Shown: positions 24,697 through 34,530, counted from the first letter of the stretch. The stretch: DNA of 64,000 nucleotides from an uncultured Clostridia bacterium (GCA_947058885.1 CAMSIF010000001.1:19997-83996); one strand, 5' to 3'. The notes: generated by a model not told the origin, from the letters alone. Translations and numbers: made by a program.

Positions 24697-26334
24697 ATGG
24701 TTATTACTGAATTCCTGGAACGCAACGCCCGCCTTTACGGCGCGGACACCGCCCTGGTGGAGCTGAGCCCCTCAGAGGAGCGCGACCGGGCCGTTACCTG
24801 GCGGGAAGCCAGCCTCATCGAAAGCGCCCAGCCCGACGCCCCCTACCGCCGGTCCCTCAGCTGGCGGGACTTCGACCGCCGGGCCAACCGCTTCGCCAAC
24901 CTCCTCCTGAGCCGGAACCTGGAGCGGGGAGCCAAGGTGGGAATCTTAATGATGAACTGTCTCGAATGGCTTCCCATCTACTTCGGCATTCTGAAAGCTG
25001 GCGGCGTGGCGGTACCCCTCAATTTCCGCTACTCCAGCGACGAAATCAAATACTGCCTGGAGCTGGCGGACGTAGAGGCCCTGGTCTTCGGCCCGGAGTT
25101 TGTCTGCCGCATGGACGCCATCGCCGGACAGCTCCCCCAAGTGCGCATGATGTTCTTTACGGGCCGGGACAAGCCAGCCTACGCCGAGGACTGCGGGCGG
25201 CTTATGGGCTTCTGTTCCTCCAGCCCGCCGCCGGTGGCCCTGGAGGAATCGGACTACGCCGCCATCTACTTCTCCTCCGGCACCACCGGCTTTCCCAAAG
25301 CCATTCTGCACAACCACCTTGCGCTCCTCAGCTCCTGCGAGACGGAGCAGCGTCACCACGGCCAGACCCGGGACGACGTCTTCCTCTGCATCCCGCCCCT
25401 CTACCACACCGGAGCCAAAATGCACTGGTTTGGCAGCCTCCTCTCCGGCAGCCGGGCGGTACTGCTGCGGGGGGTGAAACCTGAGTGGATTCTCCGGGCG
25501 GTGACGGAGGAGAAATGCACCATTGTATGGCTTCTGGTCCCCTGGGCCCAGGATTTGCTGGATGCCATTGAGTCCGGCAAAGCCTGCCTGGACAACTATC
25601 TGCTGGACCAGTGGCGGCTGATGCATATCGGAGCCCAGCCGGTACCCCCCAGCCTTATCCATCGCTGGAAGAAGATTTTTCCCCACCACCAGTACGACAC
25701 CAACTACGGCCTCAGCGAGTCGATTGGTCCCGGCTGTGTCCACCTGGGAGTGGACAATATCCACAAGGTAGGGGCCATCGGCGTGCCCGGCTACCGCTGG
25801 GAGGCTAAAATCGTGGACGAGCAGGGCGGCGAGACCCCCCGCGGCAGTATCGGCGAGCTGGCGGTAAAGGGCCGGGGCGTCATGCTCTGCTATTACAAAA
25901 ATCCAGACGCCACCAACGAAATCCTCAAGGACGGCTGGCTCTACACCGGCGACATGGCCCGTATGGACGAAGACGGCTTTATTTTCCTGGTGGACCGCAA
26001 GAAGGACGTGGTTATCTCCGGCGGCGAGAACCTGTACCCCGTCCAGATTGAGGACTTCCTCCGGCGGTATGATAAAATCAAGGATGTAGCGGTCATCGGC
26101 CTGCCGGACCCCCGCCTGGGCGAAATCGCCGCAGCCATTATTGAGATTAAGGACGGCCTGGCCTGTACCGAAGCGGAAATCCAGGAATTCTGCAAAGAAC
26201 TCCCCCGCTACAAGCGTCCCCGGAAGATTATTTTCGATGCCGTCCCCCGCAACCCCACCGGCAAAATCGAAAAACCCGCTCTGCGGGAGAAGTACATTCA
26301 CGGCCGCTTAGTGGAAGCGCAGCTTAACAATTAA
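24697..26334 (+). CDS. AMP-dependent acyl-CoA synthetase/ligase
   Basis: AMP-binding motifs YFSSGTTGFPKA, YGLSE, YTGDMARMDEDGFIFLVDRKKD and PRNPTGKI. The start is at MVITEFLE after AGGAGAA. Confidence 0.88.
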   Translation: MVITEFLERNARLYGADTALVELSPSEERDRAVTWREASLIESAQPDAPYRRSLSWRDFDRRANRFANLLLSRNLERGAKVGILMMNCLEWLPIYFGILKAGGVAVPLNFRYSSDEIKYCLELADVEALVFGPEFVCRMDAIAGQLPQVRMMFFTGRDKPAYAEDCGRLMGFCSSSPPPVALEESDYAAIYFSSGTTGFPKAILHNHLALLSSCETEQRHHGQTRDDVFLCIPPLYHTGAKMHWFGSLLSGSRAVLLRGVKPEWILRAVTEEKCTIVWLLVPWAQDLLDAIESGKACLDNYLLDQWRLMHIGAQPVPPSLIHRWKKIFPHHQYDTNYGLSESIGPGCVHLGVDNIHKVGAIGVPGYRWEAKIVDEQGGETPRGSIGELAVKGRGVMLCYYKNPDATNEILKDGWLYTGDMARMDEDGFIFLVDRKKDVVISGGENLYPVQIEDFLRRYDKIKDVAVIGLPDPRLGEIAAAIIEIKDGLACTEAEIQEFCKELPRYKRPRKIIFDAVPRNPTGKIEKPALREKYIHGRLVEAQLNN

Positions 26335-26361
26335 GCGCGCGCCGTTATGCTGGCTTTTATC

Positions 26362-26390
26362 GGGACGGCCTTCGGGCCGCCCCTCCTTTT
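26362..26390 (+). terminator. Terminator after the acyl-CoA ligase gene
   Basis: GGGACGGCC-TTCG-GGCCGCCCC followed by TCCTTTTAT. Confidence 0.55.
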
Positions 26391-26397
26391 ATGGCCC

Positions 26398-26426
26398 TTG
26401 ACAAGAAAAACGCTGTATTGTACAGT
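26398..26426 (+). promoter_or_regulatory. Sigma-A-type promoter of the FtsX-type permease gene
   Basis: TTGACA (26398-26403), 17 nt, TACAGT (26421-26426). Confidence 0.5.
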
Positions 26427-26534
26427 ATGATAAGGGACGTTGGGCTCCGCCCAAACCCGCCGCCTTTTGAAAAAGGCGGGCGAAAACTTTATATCGCTTC
26501 GCGACGCATTTTTGAAAGAATTGAGGTGCCCTAT

Positions 26535-29500
26535 GTGAGAAAAATCGCCCTTCGCGGCCTCTTTGGCCGCAAGCGTGAATCCCTCCTCCTCTGGTCAGTG
26601 GTCCTCCTCGCCTTCCTCTTCCTGGCCCTCCCCACTACCCTGATTACCTCCCTCCAGGCCACCGACGCCGCCCAGCGAATCTCTACCTACGGCGCATGGC
26701 AAGTCATGGCCTCCAGCCTCTCCGAAGACACCGCCCGCTCCTTCGCCTCCCATGCCAATACCTCCGCCGTCCTCCCCCTCCTCCCCGTCTCCGGCGCAAA
26801 CTTCTTCGACGGCAACAACGCCTGCCTCCTCACCACCTATTCCCCAGAACTGGAAAATCTCGGCCAATTCCAACTCCGCGAAGGCCGCTGGCCCCAAGAA
26901 AAAAACGAAATAGCCCTCGAATACGCCCGCCTGGCCGCCCTCGACATGGCCGTCGGCGACACCCTCACCCTCCAATGCCAACTGAAACTCCCCATGACCG
27001 GCGAACATATCCTCCAGAAAAAACACGACGCCAACACCTCCTACGAGCAGGTAACAGACCTCCTGGGCACAGACAGTATGCCCATACGCATAAGCTTCGT
27101 TGACGGTACCGATGAACACAACCCGATGGAACTGACCCTTCTCTACAATTTCACCATCTGCGGTGTCGTCGATACCTACACCGACCGCTGGGACAGCGGA
27201 CGGGTGGAGCTGCCCGGCGGCTTCATCACAGACGAATGCTACCGCCTGTTCCTGAAAGGTCAGGACGCCGCCATAGAAAAGTACCCCTTCTTCACCCCCC
27301 ATGAATTTGAAAGCATGGTCCTCCTTGGCGGCATGGAGGACGCCCCCGCCCTCTGGCGCGAGCTGCTTCTCCCCTATAACCAGGCCGTTTTAGAGAAGTA
27401 CGGCTTTACCACGCCGCTCTCCCAGTGCTACGTCTCCGGCGGCAGCATGACGCTCTCGGGCAGGCTGGAAAACTACGACAAACTTACCTTTCAAATCACC
27501 TTCCCCCTGACCCTGGCGGACCCGCAGCATCCCCTGCTGCAAAACTCCCGAGATGTCACGGCATGGCTGGAACTGGCCGATTCCGTTGACATTTCCTCCT
27601 GGTACTGTCTGGGCCGCCTCATGGATGAAAGGGAAGGCAGACCCTACTACACCCTCCAAAGTACCATGACCCAGCTGCACAAGGACAACGGTACTTTCAC
27701 TATCTCCGGCGAATCCGACCGCCACGGCTTCCTGTCCCTGAATTACAGCGGAGACCTGGACGCTTCCACCGTGTGCTTCGACCTGGACGGAACCCGTTAT
27801 TCCATTCCCTTCCCAGAGTTCGCGTCCGGGGACTTCTCCGCCGGGGGCCTTAAACCCATCGCCCAGGGCAAAACCGTCTGGGCGGAAAGCCTGGAGGAAC
27901 AAAGCGGCTTCGCCGCCCTGCGCCTCAATACCTACGCCTACCCCTCCAGCGCGGAGGGCTCCGGCAGCCTCCTGCTTCTGGTCATGGGCGTCCTGTTCAT
28001 CACCACCGCCGGGGCGGTATTCCAAATCTGCTTCACCCAAATCAGACGCCGCCTGCGCCGGGTCGTGCTGATGAAATCATTAGGCGCAACCTCGGGACAG
28101 GTCGCGCGGCTTATGGCCTGGGAATTCTTGTACCTATGGATAACCGCCATGCCCCTGGGCACAGCCCTGGGTCTTCTGGCCTCCTGGGCGGCGGCAAAAC
28201 TTCTCAGCGGTGCGCAGGGACGGGCTATAACGGTGTCCATCCGCCCGGAAGTTCTGCTGCTGGCCCTGGCCGCAGGTACCGCCGCCCTGGCTCTCGGTAT
28301 GGCTGTTCCGGCGGCCATGGCGGCTGGTGTGCCGCTCACAGGCCGCACCGTCCGGAAAAAGCCCCTCCCGTCCCCCAAACGGGAAACCCGTCAGGATTTC
28401 TTTCACGTAACCCTTCGCGGCCTCTCCGCCAAGAAGGGCCGGATGACAGGCATATTCGCGCTCTGCGTGTTTATGATGCTGATTGCGGTGCTCTGCCTGT
28501 TTCTCGGCTTCCGTATGACAGGGGAATACCGGGACTCCGTTGTGCGGGCCGGAAAACCGGATTATCATCTTCGTTCCCCCTTCGCCATGAGTCCCCGCCA
28601 GCGGGAAACCTACCTGGCGGAATTGGAGGAGTTAGGCGTCTGCGGGGAGATAACCTCCTTCTTTACCGGCGACGGCATTGACCTGAGCCGTTCCGCCTGG
28701 GCGGACAGTCCCCTCCTGACCGCCGTGGCCGGAGACGCGGAAAGCGCCCAGATGACCCTCCACACCTTCGCCAGCGCAGACCCGGTTTTTTCCCGCCTGC
28801 AAGCCGCCGCCACCGTTGGCACGCTGGACCCAGAGGCCTTTGACCGGGGCGAACAGGTTTTGCTGCTCGTCCCCCTGTACCGGGACACCGGCGCGAAAAA
28901 CGAGGACGCCCTGCGCACAGCGGAGGGCTGGGAACGCCTGGAGGCCTCCGGCATCTCCGCCAGCTACTACGCGGAATACGACGGCGTGTACAGCCGGGAT
29001 TTATCCATTCAGGTAGGGGATTCCCTGCCGTTACAGGTGACACAGTTCGCCATCGTCAACGACAAATGGACCAGCGATGTCCTGGAGGCTTCTCCTGTGG
29101 TAGGGGCCATCCTGTACTATTTCCCGGAGGAGGGGGTCTGGCCCTTCAGCGCGGGCGAGGGCTGGCAAATCGCGGCGGCCCCCGCGCTCCTCTCGAAGCT
29201 GCGGCCCCGCGCCTGCATGACGCTGAGCCACGAGGCTATCCGGGCCCAGTACATGCGGCAGAATGTGTTTGAAAAGCTCAACGGCGCCTACGGCGTCACG
29301 GATTTCTATATCAACTGCCGGGAGGACGTGCCTCTGGAGCAGGCGGACACCGCGCTGCTGGTCTTTTCACGCAACCACTACATGGAGTTTGAGATTTATC
29401 ACGAGAGCAGCGAAAAGCTGCTGCGGGATGCCGTCAATAATGTTCTGCTGGTATGTCTGCTGGGACTGACGGCATTGCTGCTGGCATTGATTATCTTTTA

Positions 29501-29840
29501 CAACACCCTCACCAGCGACATAGAACAGGAACGCTGCCGCATTGGTATTTTACAGGCTCTGGGCGTTTCCAACCGGCTGCTGGCCTGCCGCCAGCTGGCC
29601 CTTGGGCTTGCCGCCGCCGGAATCGCGCTGGTTCTCGCCAATCTGCTTCTGTGGGCCGGTGTGGCGGCCTTCGCCGGAGCGGCGGGCGGCGTGCTGGGGA
29701 ACCTGCTGTGGGGATACCCGGCGGCGGGACACGCCGCGCTGTGCCTGCTGCTGGGCATAGTGATTACCGCACTGTTCCTGGCCCCTATGGGACGTCTGCG
29801 GCGTTTCCTCCCGGCAGAAAATATCCGGACAAAAAAATAG
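26535..29840 (+). CDS. Large MacB/FtsX-type ABC transporter permease (two FtsX modules, two large extracytoplasmic domains)
   Basis: The N-terminus (V)RKIALRGLFGRKRESLLLWSVVLLAF is typical of FtsX-family permeases. FtsX-like TM clusters lie near aa 520-650 and at the C-terminus (RIGILQALGVSNRLLA...). GTG start at 26535, 6 nt after GAGGTG. Confidence 0.8.
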   Translation: MRKIALRGLFGRKRESLLLWSVVLLAFLFLALPTTLITSLQATDAAQRISTYGAWQVMASSLSEDTARSFASHANTSAVLPLLPVSGANFFDGNNACLLTTYSPELENLGQFQLREGRWPQEKNEIALEYARLAALDMAVGDTLTLQCQLKLPMTGEHILQKKHDANTSYEQVTDLLGTDSMPIRISFVDGTDEHNPMELTLLYNFTICGVVDTYTDRWDSGRVELPGGFITDECYRLFLKGQDAAIEKYPFFTPHEFESMVLLGGMEDAPALWRELLLPYNQAVLEKYGFTTPLSQCYVSGGSMTLSGRLENYDKLTFQITFPLTLADPQHPLLQNSRDVTAWLELADSVDISSWYCLGRLMDEREGRPYYTLQSTMTQLHKDNGTFTISGESDRHGFLSLNYSGDLDASTVCFDLDGTRYSIPFPEFASGDFSAGGLKPIAQGKTVWAESLEEQSGFAALRLNTYAYPSSAEGSGSLLLLVMGVLFITTAGAVFQICFTQIRRRLRRVVLMKSLGATSGQVARLMAWEFLYLWITAMPLGTALGLLASWAAAKLLSGAQGRAITVSIRPEVLLLALAAGTAALALGMAVPAAMAAGVPLTGRTVRKKPLPSPKRETRQDFFHVTLRGLSAKKGRMTGIFALCVFMMLIAVLCLFLGFRMTGEYRDSVVRAGKPDYHLRSPFAMSPRQRETYLAELEELGVCGEITSFFTGDGIDLSRSAWADSPLLTAVAGDAESAQMTLHTFASADPVFSRLQAAATVGTLDPEAFDRGEQVLLLVPLYRDTGAKNEDALRTAEGWERLEASGISASYYAEYDGVYSRDLSIQVGDSLPLQVTQFAIVNDKWTSDVLEASPVVGAILYYFPEEGVWPFSAGEGWQIAAAPALLSKLRPRACMTLSHEAIRAQYMRQNVFEKLNGAYGVTDFYINCREDVPLEQADTALLVFSRNHYMEFEIYHESSEKLLRDAVNNVLLVCLLGLTALLLALIIFYNTLTSDIEQERCRIGILQALGVSNRLLACRQLALGLAAAGIALVLANLLLWAGVAAFAGAAGGVLGNLLWGYPAAGHAALCLLLGIVITALFLAPMGRLRRFLPAENIRTKK

Positions 29841-29849
29841 ACCCGGCGC

Positions 29850-29891
29850 GGAAGGACCGCCGCAAGGCGGCTGCCCTGCGGCGGTCCTTCC
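29850..29891. terminator. Bidirectional hairpin between the convergent permease and XRE genes
   Basis: 15-bp stem GGAAGGACCGCCGCA / TGCGGCGGTCCTTCC with a 12-nt loop. Confidence 0.55.
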
Positions 29892-29923
29892 AAACCATTC
29901 CGGGTCTTAAGAAAACGCTGTCC

Positions 29924-30295
29924 CTACTGCGGCCCCCTGCCGCCGGTGGGAAAGGATTTTTCAATCTCATCCAGCGAGCGGATAAACGCCAGCACCGCTT
30001 TTACCTGGCCGCTGTTCATCTCCTCCAGACGGGCCAGGGCCTGCCGGTGGAGTTCGGTCAGCGTCCCGCTGCTGACGGTCTGTTTCCGCTTCGGCCCGGA
30101 GCCCTCCAAAATCCACTCCGCGCTGTAGCCCAGCTTCGCCTCAATAAGCGACGCCAAAGACTGGGACAGTCGAATATCCGGGTCTTTCAGCAGCTTGGAA
30201 ACATAGCTCTCCGTTATACCGATTTCAGCCGCCAGCTGTTTTTGCTTCATCTGGTTTTCCGCCAGAATCATACGGAACCTGTCACATTTGTTCAT
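29924..30295 (-). CDS. XRE-family helix-turn-helix transcriptional regulator
   Basis: FRMILAENQMKQKQLAAEIGITESYVSKLLKD is an HTH_3-type motif. The start is at MNKCDRF (30295) after AAAGGGGGGTG. Confidence 0.8.
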   Translation of the reverse strand: MNKCDRFRMILAENQMKQKQLAAEIGITESYVSKLLKDPDIRLSQSLASLIEAKLGYSAEWILEGSGPKRKQTVSSGTLTELHRQALARLEEMNSGQVKAVLAFIRSLDEIEKSFPTGGRGPQ

Positions 30296-30413
30296 GCCAG
30301 CACCCCCCTTTTCCGTATACAATACCAAATACTCTTGAACAAGTCAAGCGTTATCCTTTAAAAATCAATTTGCTTGATTTGTATCCCCATTGAAAAGATA
30401 AGGAGAACCGGCC

Positions 30414-31097
30414 ATGGAAATTTTGCGCACGGAGGGTCTGTACAAGACCTACAACAGCGGGACCCCCACGGCTGTAGCGGCCCTCAAGCCCCTGGATCTT
30501 TCCATTGAGCAGGGCGTGTTTTACGCCATCATCGGGCGCAGCGGCTCGGGCAAATCCACGCTGCTGCAAATTCTGGGCGGACTGGACCGTCCCACCGGCG
30601 GCAAGCTTTATATTGAGGACCAGAGCGTCTTCGACCTGTCAAACAGCGAGCTCTGCCGTCTGCGGCGCAGGCGGATTGGGTTTGTTTTCCAGGCCTACAA
30701 CCTGTTGGAGGAGCACACGGTCAAGGAAAATATTCTCATGCCCCTGCACCTGGACGGGCGCGGCGCGGAGCAGGCGTTTCTGGAGGAACTGGTGGACGCC
30801 CTGGAGCTGCGGGACAAACTGGACCGCTACCCGGACCAGCTCTCCGGCGGCGAGCAGCAGCGGGTGGCTATCGCCCGGGCGTTGATTACCAAGCCCGCCA
30901 TCCTCCTGGCCGACGAGCCCACCGGAAACCTGGACCCCAAAACCGGCGACCAGGTACTCCGGCATCTAAAGGCGGTAGCGTCCCGGTTTGGGCAGACCAT
31001 TCTGCTGGTGACCCACGATATGGAAATCGCCGCCATGGCGGACCGGGTCATCCGTCTCCACAGCGGCGAGATTGTGGAGCTGCGGGAAAACGGTTAG
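30414..31097 (+). CDS. ABC transporter ATP-binding protein, MacB/LolD-type (presumed partner of the FtsX permease)
   Basis: Walker A GRSGSGKST, Q-loop FVFQAYNLL, signature [15 protein letters not shown], Walker B LLADEPTGNLD. Confidence 0.9.
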   Translation: MEILRTEGLYKTYNSGTPTAVAALKPLDLSIEQGVFYAIIGRSGSGKSTLLQILGGLDRPTGGKLYIEDQSVFDLSNSELCRLRRRRIGFVFQAYNLLEEHTVKENILMPLHLDGRGAEQAFLEELVDALELRDKLDRYPDQLSGGEQQRVAIARALITKPAILLADEPTGNLDPKTGDQVLRHLKAVASRFGQTILLVTHDMEIAAMADRVIRLHSGEIVELRENG

Positions 31098-31114
31098 GGG
31101 CGTGGCAAACGCAG

Positions 31115-31142
31115 AGGGACTGTTTCAGCAGAAACAGTCCCT
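31115..31142. terminator. Bidirectional terminator hairpin
   Basis: AGGGACTGTTTC-AGCA-GAAACAGTCCCT between convergent genes, followed by TCTCTGATTT. Confidence 0.6.
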
Positions 31143-31150
31143 TCTCTGAT

Positions 31151-31387
31151 TTACAAAGAATTCTGGCACTTTTTATGGAACAGCAGGGCTAAAACGGCAC
31201 ATATGACGATTCCAATCCCGTATGGGATGCACAGCAAAAAAGCCGTATCAGCCGGGGCGCTGCATCCTCCGTATTGTCCGCACCACTGGAGCGTACAGTA
31301 GCTGTACGCAGCTGCGGCGCACATAACGTTTGAAAGCAGAATCGCAAGCACAGCAAAAAGATAGACCAGACGCTTGTAGTTCTTCAT
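31151..31387 (-). CDS. Small Cys-rich two-TM membrane protein (78 aa)
   Basis: RBS AGGAGG 8 nt upstream. It lies 18 nt downstream of the XRE-TM gene stop. Two hydrophobic helices and 7 Cys. Confidence 0.55.
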   Translation of the reverse strand: MKNYKRLVYLFAVLAILLSNVMCAAAAYSYCTLQWCGQYGGCSAPADTAFLLCIPYGIGIVICAVLALLFHKKCQNSL

Positions 31388-31405
31388 GGTAAATACCTCC
31401 TGAAT

Positions 31406-31855
31406 TTATTTCTTCTTGAGAATCAGAATCAACCCCAGCAGCATGAACAGCACAAAGACCGTAATGAGGATTCCCGTTCCGTTCAAGGTAATCATCGACG
31501 ATTCGTTGATTTGATCGACAGACGAGGGGCGGATAACGGTCAAGAAACCATACAGGACCAGGCAAACCGCGCCTATCAGACAGAAAACAACGCCAACTCT
31601 GCTTCCCTCTCCTCTGCCGGAGGCCGGAGTTCCCTTTGCCGTATCGCCGGAACCGCTTACAGCCTGGTTTCCAGTAAGCTCGTCTATTGTAATTTGAAAG
31701 CATTCGCTCAAAGCCTTAAGCTTGTCCAATTCCGGCGTTGACAGACCTCCCTCCCATTTTGATATCGCTTGCCTTGAAACACCGATTTTCTCCGCGAGCT
31801 GTTCCTGGGACAGCCCCCTTTTTTTCCTGAGCGTATATATTTTTTCAGACAACAT
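31406..31855 (-). CDS. Membrane-anchored XRE-family HTH regulator (N-terminal HTH_3, two C-terminal TM helices)
   Basis: [29 protein letters not shown] is the canonical Cro/C1 HTH. TM helices [22 protein letters not shown] and [29 protein letters not shown]. Confidence 0.8.
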   Translation of the reverse strand: MLSEKIYTLRKKRGLSQEQLAEKIGVSRQAISKWEGGLSTPELDKLKALSECFQITIDELTGNQAVSGSGDTAKGTPASGRGEGSRVGVVFCLIGAVCLVLYGFLTVIRPSSVDQINESSMITLNGTGILITVFVLFMLLGLILILKKK

Positions 31856-32067
31856 CTATGTTACCTCCTTGCCATAACAATACCCCAATTGCCCGTGGCA
31901 CGCTATCAACTGCCCCTGAAACTTCCGCAACCAGCGGTTGCGTTATCAAAACGTGTCACAAATTTCGCTTCTATTATCATACTCCGTTCCCATGTTTATG
32001 ACAAGGATAAGTGAAATCGCCGGAATCATACGCCCGCGGCAGAAAAAGAAAAGGGAGCACTTGGCTA

Positions 32068-32096
32068 TTGACAAGCCCCGCCGGGAAACGTATGAT
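32068..32096 (+). promoter_or_regulatory. Sigma-A-type promoter of iorAB
   Basis: TTGACA (32068-32073), 17 nt, TATGAT (32091-32096). An 11-bp leader hairpin AGGGACCGCCG/CGGCGGTCCCT follows at 32106-32131. Confidence 0.55.
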
Positions 32097-32176
32097 AAAA
32101 TAGGTAGGGACCGCCGTCCCCGGCGGTCCCTGCGGCGCATTCCCGAAAGAATATCCCGAGAAAAGGAGTAACGCCT

Positions 32177-33913
32177 ATGAAAACCCTGATGCTGGGAAAC
32201 GAAGCCGCCGCCCGAGGCCTCTATGAGGCCGGGTGCGGTTTTGTGTCCAGCTACCCCGGCACCCCCAGTACGGAGATTACCGAATTTGCCGCGAAGTATC
32301 CGGAAATCTACGCCGAGTGGGCGCCCAACGAAAAGGTAGCGATGGAGGCGGCTTTTGGCGCGTCCCTGGCAGGCCGCCGCAGCTTCTGCGGCATGAAGCA
32401 CGTGGGGCTTAACGTCGCCGCCGACCCCCTCTTCACCATCTCCTACACCGGCGTGAACGCCGGAATGGTCATCGCCGTGGCCGACGACCCGGGGATGCAC
32501 TCCTCCCAGAACGAGCAGGATTCCCGCCACTACGCCAAGGCGGCGAAGCTGCCCATGCTGGAGCCCGCCGATTCCTCCGAGGCCCTGGAATTTACCAAGC
32601 TGGCCTTTGAGCTCTCAGAGCATTTTGATACCCCGGTGCTGCTGAAAATGTGCACCCGGATTTCCCACTCCCAGAGCGTAGTGAAGACCGGGGAGCGGGA
32701 GGAAATTTCCGTCAGGCCCTACGAGAAAAATCCCGCCAAATACATCATGATGCCCGGCAACGCCAAACGCCGCCATCCCGCAGTGGAGGAGCGGACGCGG
32801 AATATCGCGGAGTGGGCGGAGCACTCCTCCGTCAACCGTATTGAGCCGGGCAAAGATTACAAGCTGGGTATTATTACCTCCTCCACCAGCTACCAGTATG
32901 TCAAAGAGGCCTTCGGCGATACCTATCCCGTTTTAAAGCTGGGCATGGTCTGGCCTCTGCCCGAGCAGAAAATTCTGGAATTTGCCAAGACGGTCAGCCT
33001 GCTGGCAGTGGTGGAGGAGCTGGACAGCTTTATCGAGGACCACTGCCGGAATCTGGGCCTCTCCCTCACCGGCAAAAGTCATTTCCCTGTTACAGACGAA
33101 TTAAGCCAGAACCAAGTGTTGCGCGCGCTGGACGGGACGCCTCCCGCTGGCACGAAGCTGGACGTGGACATTCCCGCCCGGCCTCCCGTAATGTGCGCCG
33201 GTTGTCCCCACCGGGGTCTCTTCTACACCCTGGCCAAAAACAAGATAACGGTCTTGGGGGATATCGGCTGCTATACGCTGGGCGCGGCCTCGCCTCTGGG
33301 GGCCATGGATACCACCATCTGCATGGGCGCATCCATCTCCGGCCTCCACGGCTTCAACAAGGCCGGAGGCGGCGAGGGCGGAAGCGTGGCGGTCATCGGC
33401 GACTCCACCTTCATGCACTCCGGCGTCACGGGCCTCATCAACGCGGCCTATAACGAGTCCAATTCCACCGTTATTATCCTGGACAACTCCATTACCGGTA
33501 TGACCGGACACCAGCAGAATCCCACCACCGGGTTTAATCTTAAGGGCGACCCCTGCGCGAAAATCGACCTGGAGCGGCTGTGCCGGGCCGCCGGCATCAA
33601 CCGGGTACGGGTGGTGGACCCCTACTGCCTGGCGGAGTGCGAAGCGGCAGTGAAGGAGGAGCTGGCGGCGGCGGAGCCGTCGGTAATTATTTCCCGTCGT
33701 CCCTGCGCTCTGCTGAAGTATGTCAAGCACCCCGGCCCCATCGAGGTAGACCCGGACAAGTGCGCGGGCTGCAAGGCCTGTATGAAGATTGGCTGCCCCG
33801 CCGTCAGTATGGCGGACGGCAAGGTGAAGCTGGACAACACCCTCTGCACCGGCTGCGGGGTTTGTGCGCAGCTGTGTAAATTCGGCGCGCTGGGCGGAGA
33901 AAAGGAGGCGTGA
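32177..33913 (+). CDS. iorA: Indolepyruvate:ferredoxin oxidoreductase subunit alpha
   Basis: MLGNEAAARGLYEAG..VSSYPGTPSTEI, a TPP-binding region, and the C-terminal 2x[4Fe-4S] motifs CAGCKACMKIGCP and CTGCGVCAQLC. Confidence 0.9.
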   Translation: MKTLMLGNEAAARGLYEAGCGFVSSYPGTPSTEITEFAAKYPEIYAEWAPNEKVAMEAAFGASLAGRRSFCGMKHVGLNVAADPLFTISYTGVNAGMVIAVADDPGMHSSQNEQDSRHYAKAAKLPMLEPADSSEALEFTKLAFELSEHFDTPVLLKMCTRISHSQSVVKTGEREEISVRPYEKNPAKYIMMPGNAKRRHPAVEERTRNIAEWAEHSSVNRIEPGKDYKLGIITSSTSYQYVKEAFGDTYPVLKLGMVWPLPEQKILEFAKTVSLLAVVEELDSFIEDHCRNLGLSLTGKSHFPVTDELSQNQVLRALDGTPPAGTKLDVDIPARPPVMCAGCPHRGLFYTLAKNKITVLGDIGCYTLGAASPLGAMDTTICMGASISGLHGFNKAGGGEGGSVAVIGDSTFMHSGVTGLINAAYNESNSTVIILDNSITGMTGHQQNPTTGFNLKGDPCAKIDLERLCRAAGINRVRVVDPYCLAECEAAVKEELAAAEPSVIISRRPCALLKYVKHPGPIEVDPDKCAGCKACMKIGCPAVSMADGKVKLDNTLCTGCGVCAQLCKFGALGGEKEA

Positions 33914-33915
33914 GC

Positions 33916-34488
33916 ATGGAGACCAAAAATATGATGATTGTAGGCGTAGGCGGACAGGGCACCCTCCTGGCCAGCAAGCTGCTGGGTTGCCTGCTGCTGG
34001 ACAAGGGCTACGACGTGAAGGTCAGCGAGGTCCACGGCATGAGCCAGCGGGGCGGCAGCGTAGTGACCTACGTCCGCTGGGGAGAGAGGGTCTGCTCCCC
34101 CATCATTGACAAGGGCCAGGCGGACGTTATCCTTTCCTTTGAACTTCTGGAGGCCGCCCGCTGGACGGAATATCTCAAGCCCGGCGGCAGAATCATCACC
34201 AACACCCAGCAGATTAACCCCATGCCGGTTATCACCGGCGCGGCGGAATATCCCCAGGAGCTGGAGCGGAAAATCCGGGACGCGGGCATGGACCTGGACG
34301 CCCTGGACGCCCTGTCCCTGGCGGAGGAGGCCGGCAGCAGCCGGGCGGTCAATATCGTGCTGCTGGGACGCCTCTCCAAATGGTTCGGCTTCTCTGAGGA
34401 GGAGTGGCTGGAGGCCATAGAGCGGAGCGTTCCGCCCAAGTTCCTGGAGCTGAATAAAAAGGCGTTTGCCCTGGGGCGCAGCGCGTAA
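33916..34488 (+). CDS. iorB: Indolepyruvate:ferredoxin oxidoreductase subunit beta
   Basis: MMIVGVGGQGTLLASKLLG....VKVSEVHGMSQRGGSV is typical of the IorB / POR-gamma fold. ATG lies 7 nt after AAAGGAGG. Confidence 0.88.
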   Translation: METKNMMIVGVGGQGTLLASKLLGCLLLDKGYDVKVSEVHGMSQRGGSVVTYVRWGERVCSPIIDKGQADVILSFELLEAARWTEYLKPGGRIITNTQQINPMPVITGAAEYPQELERKIRDAGMDLDALDALSLAEEAGSSRAVNIVLLGRLSKWFGFSEEEWLEAIERSVPPKFLELNKKAFALGRSA

Positions 34489-34530
34489 AAAGGCCGCGCA
34501 GACGCCATAGAAAGAAATGAGGGTGCGGAG

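Noticed and set aside
26391-26534. 48-codon N-terminal extension of the FtsX permease ORF
   Set aside because: The extension overlaps the predicted promoter and leader hairpin and has no RBS. The GTG at 26535 lies 6 nt after GAGGTG and yields the canonical (M)RKIALRGLFGRK permease N-terminus.
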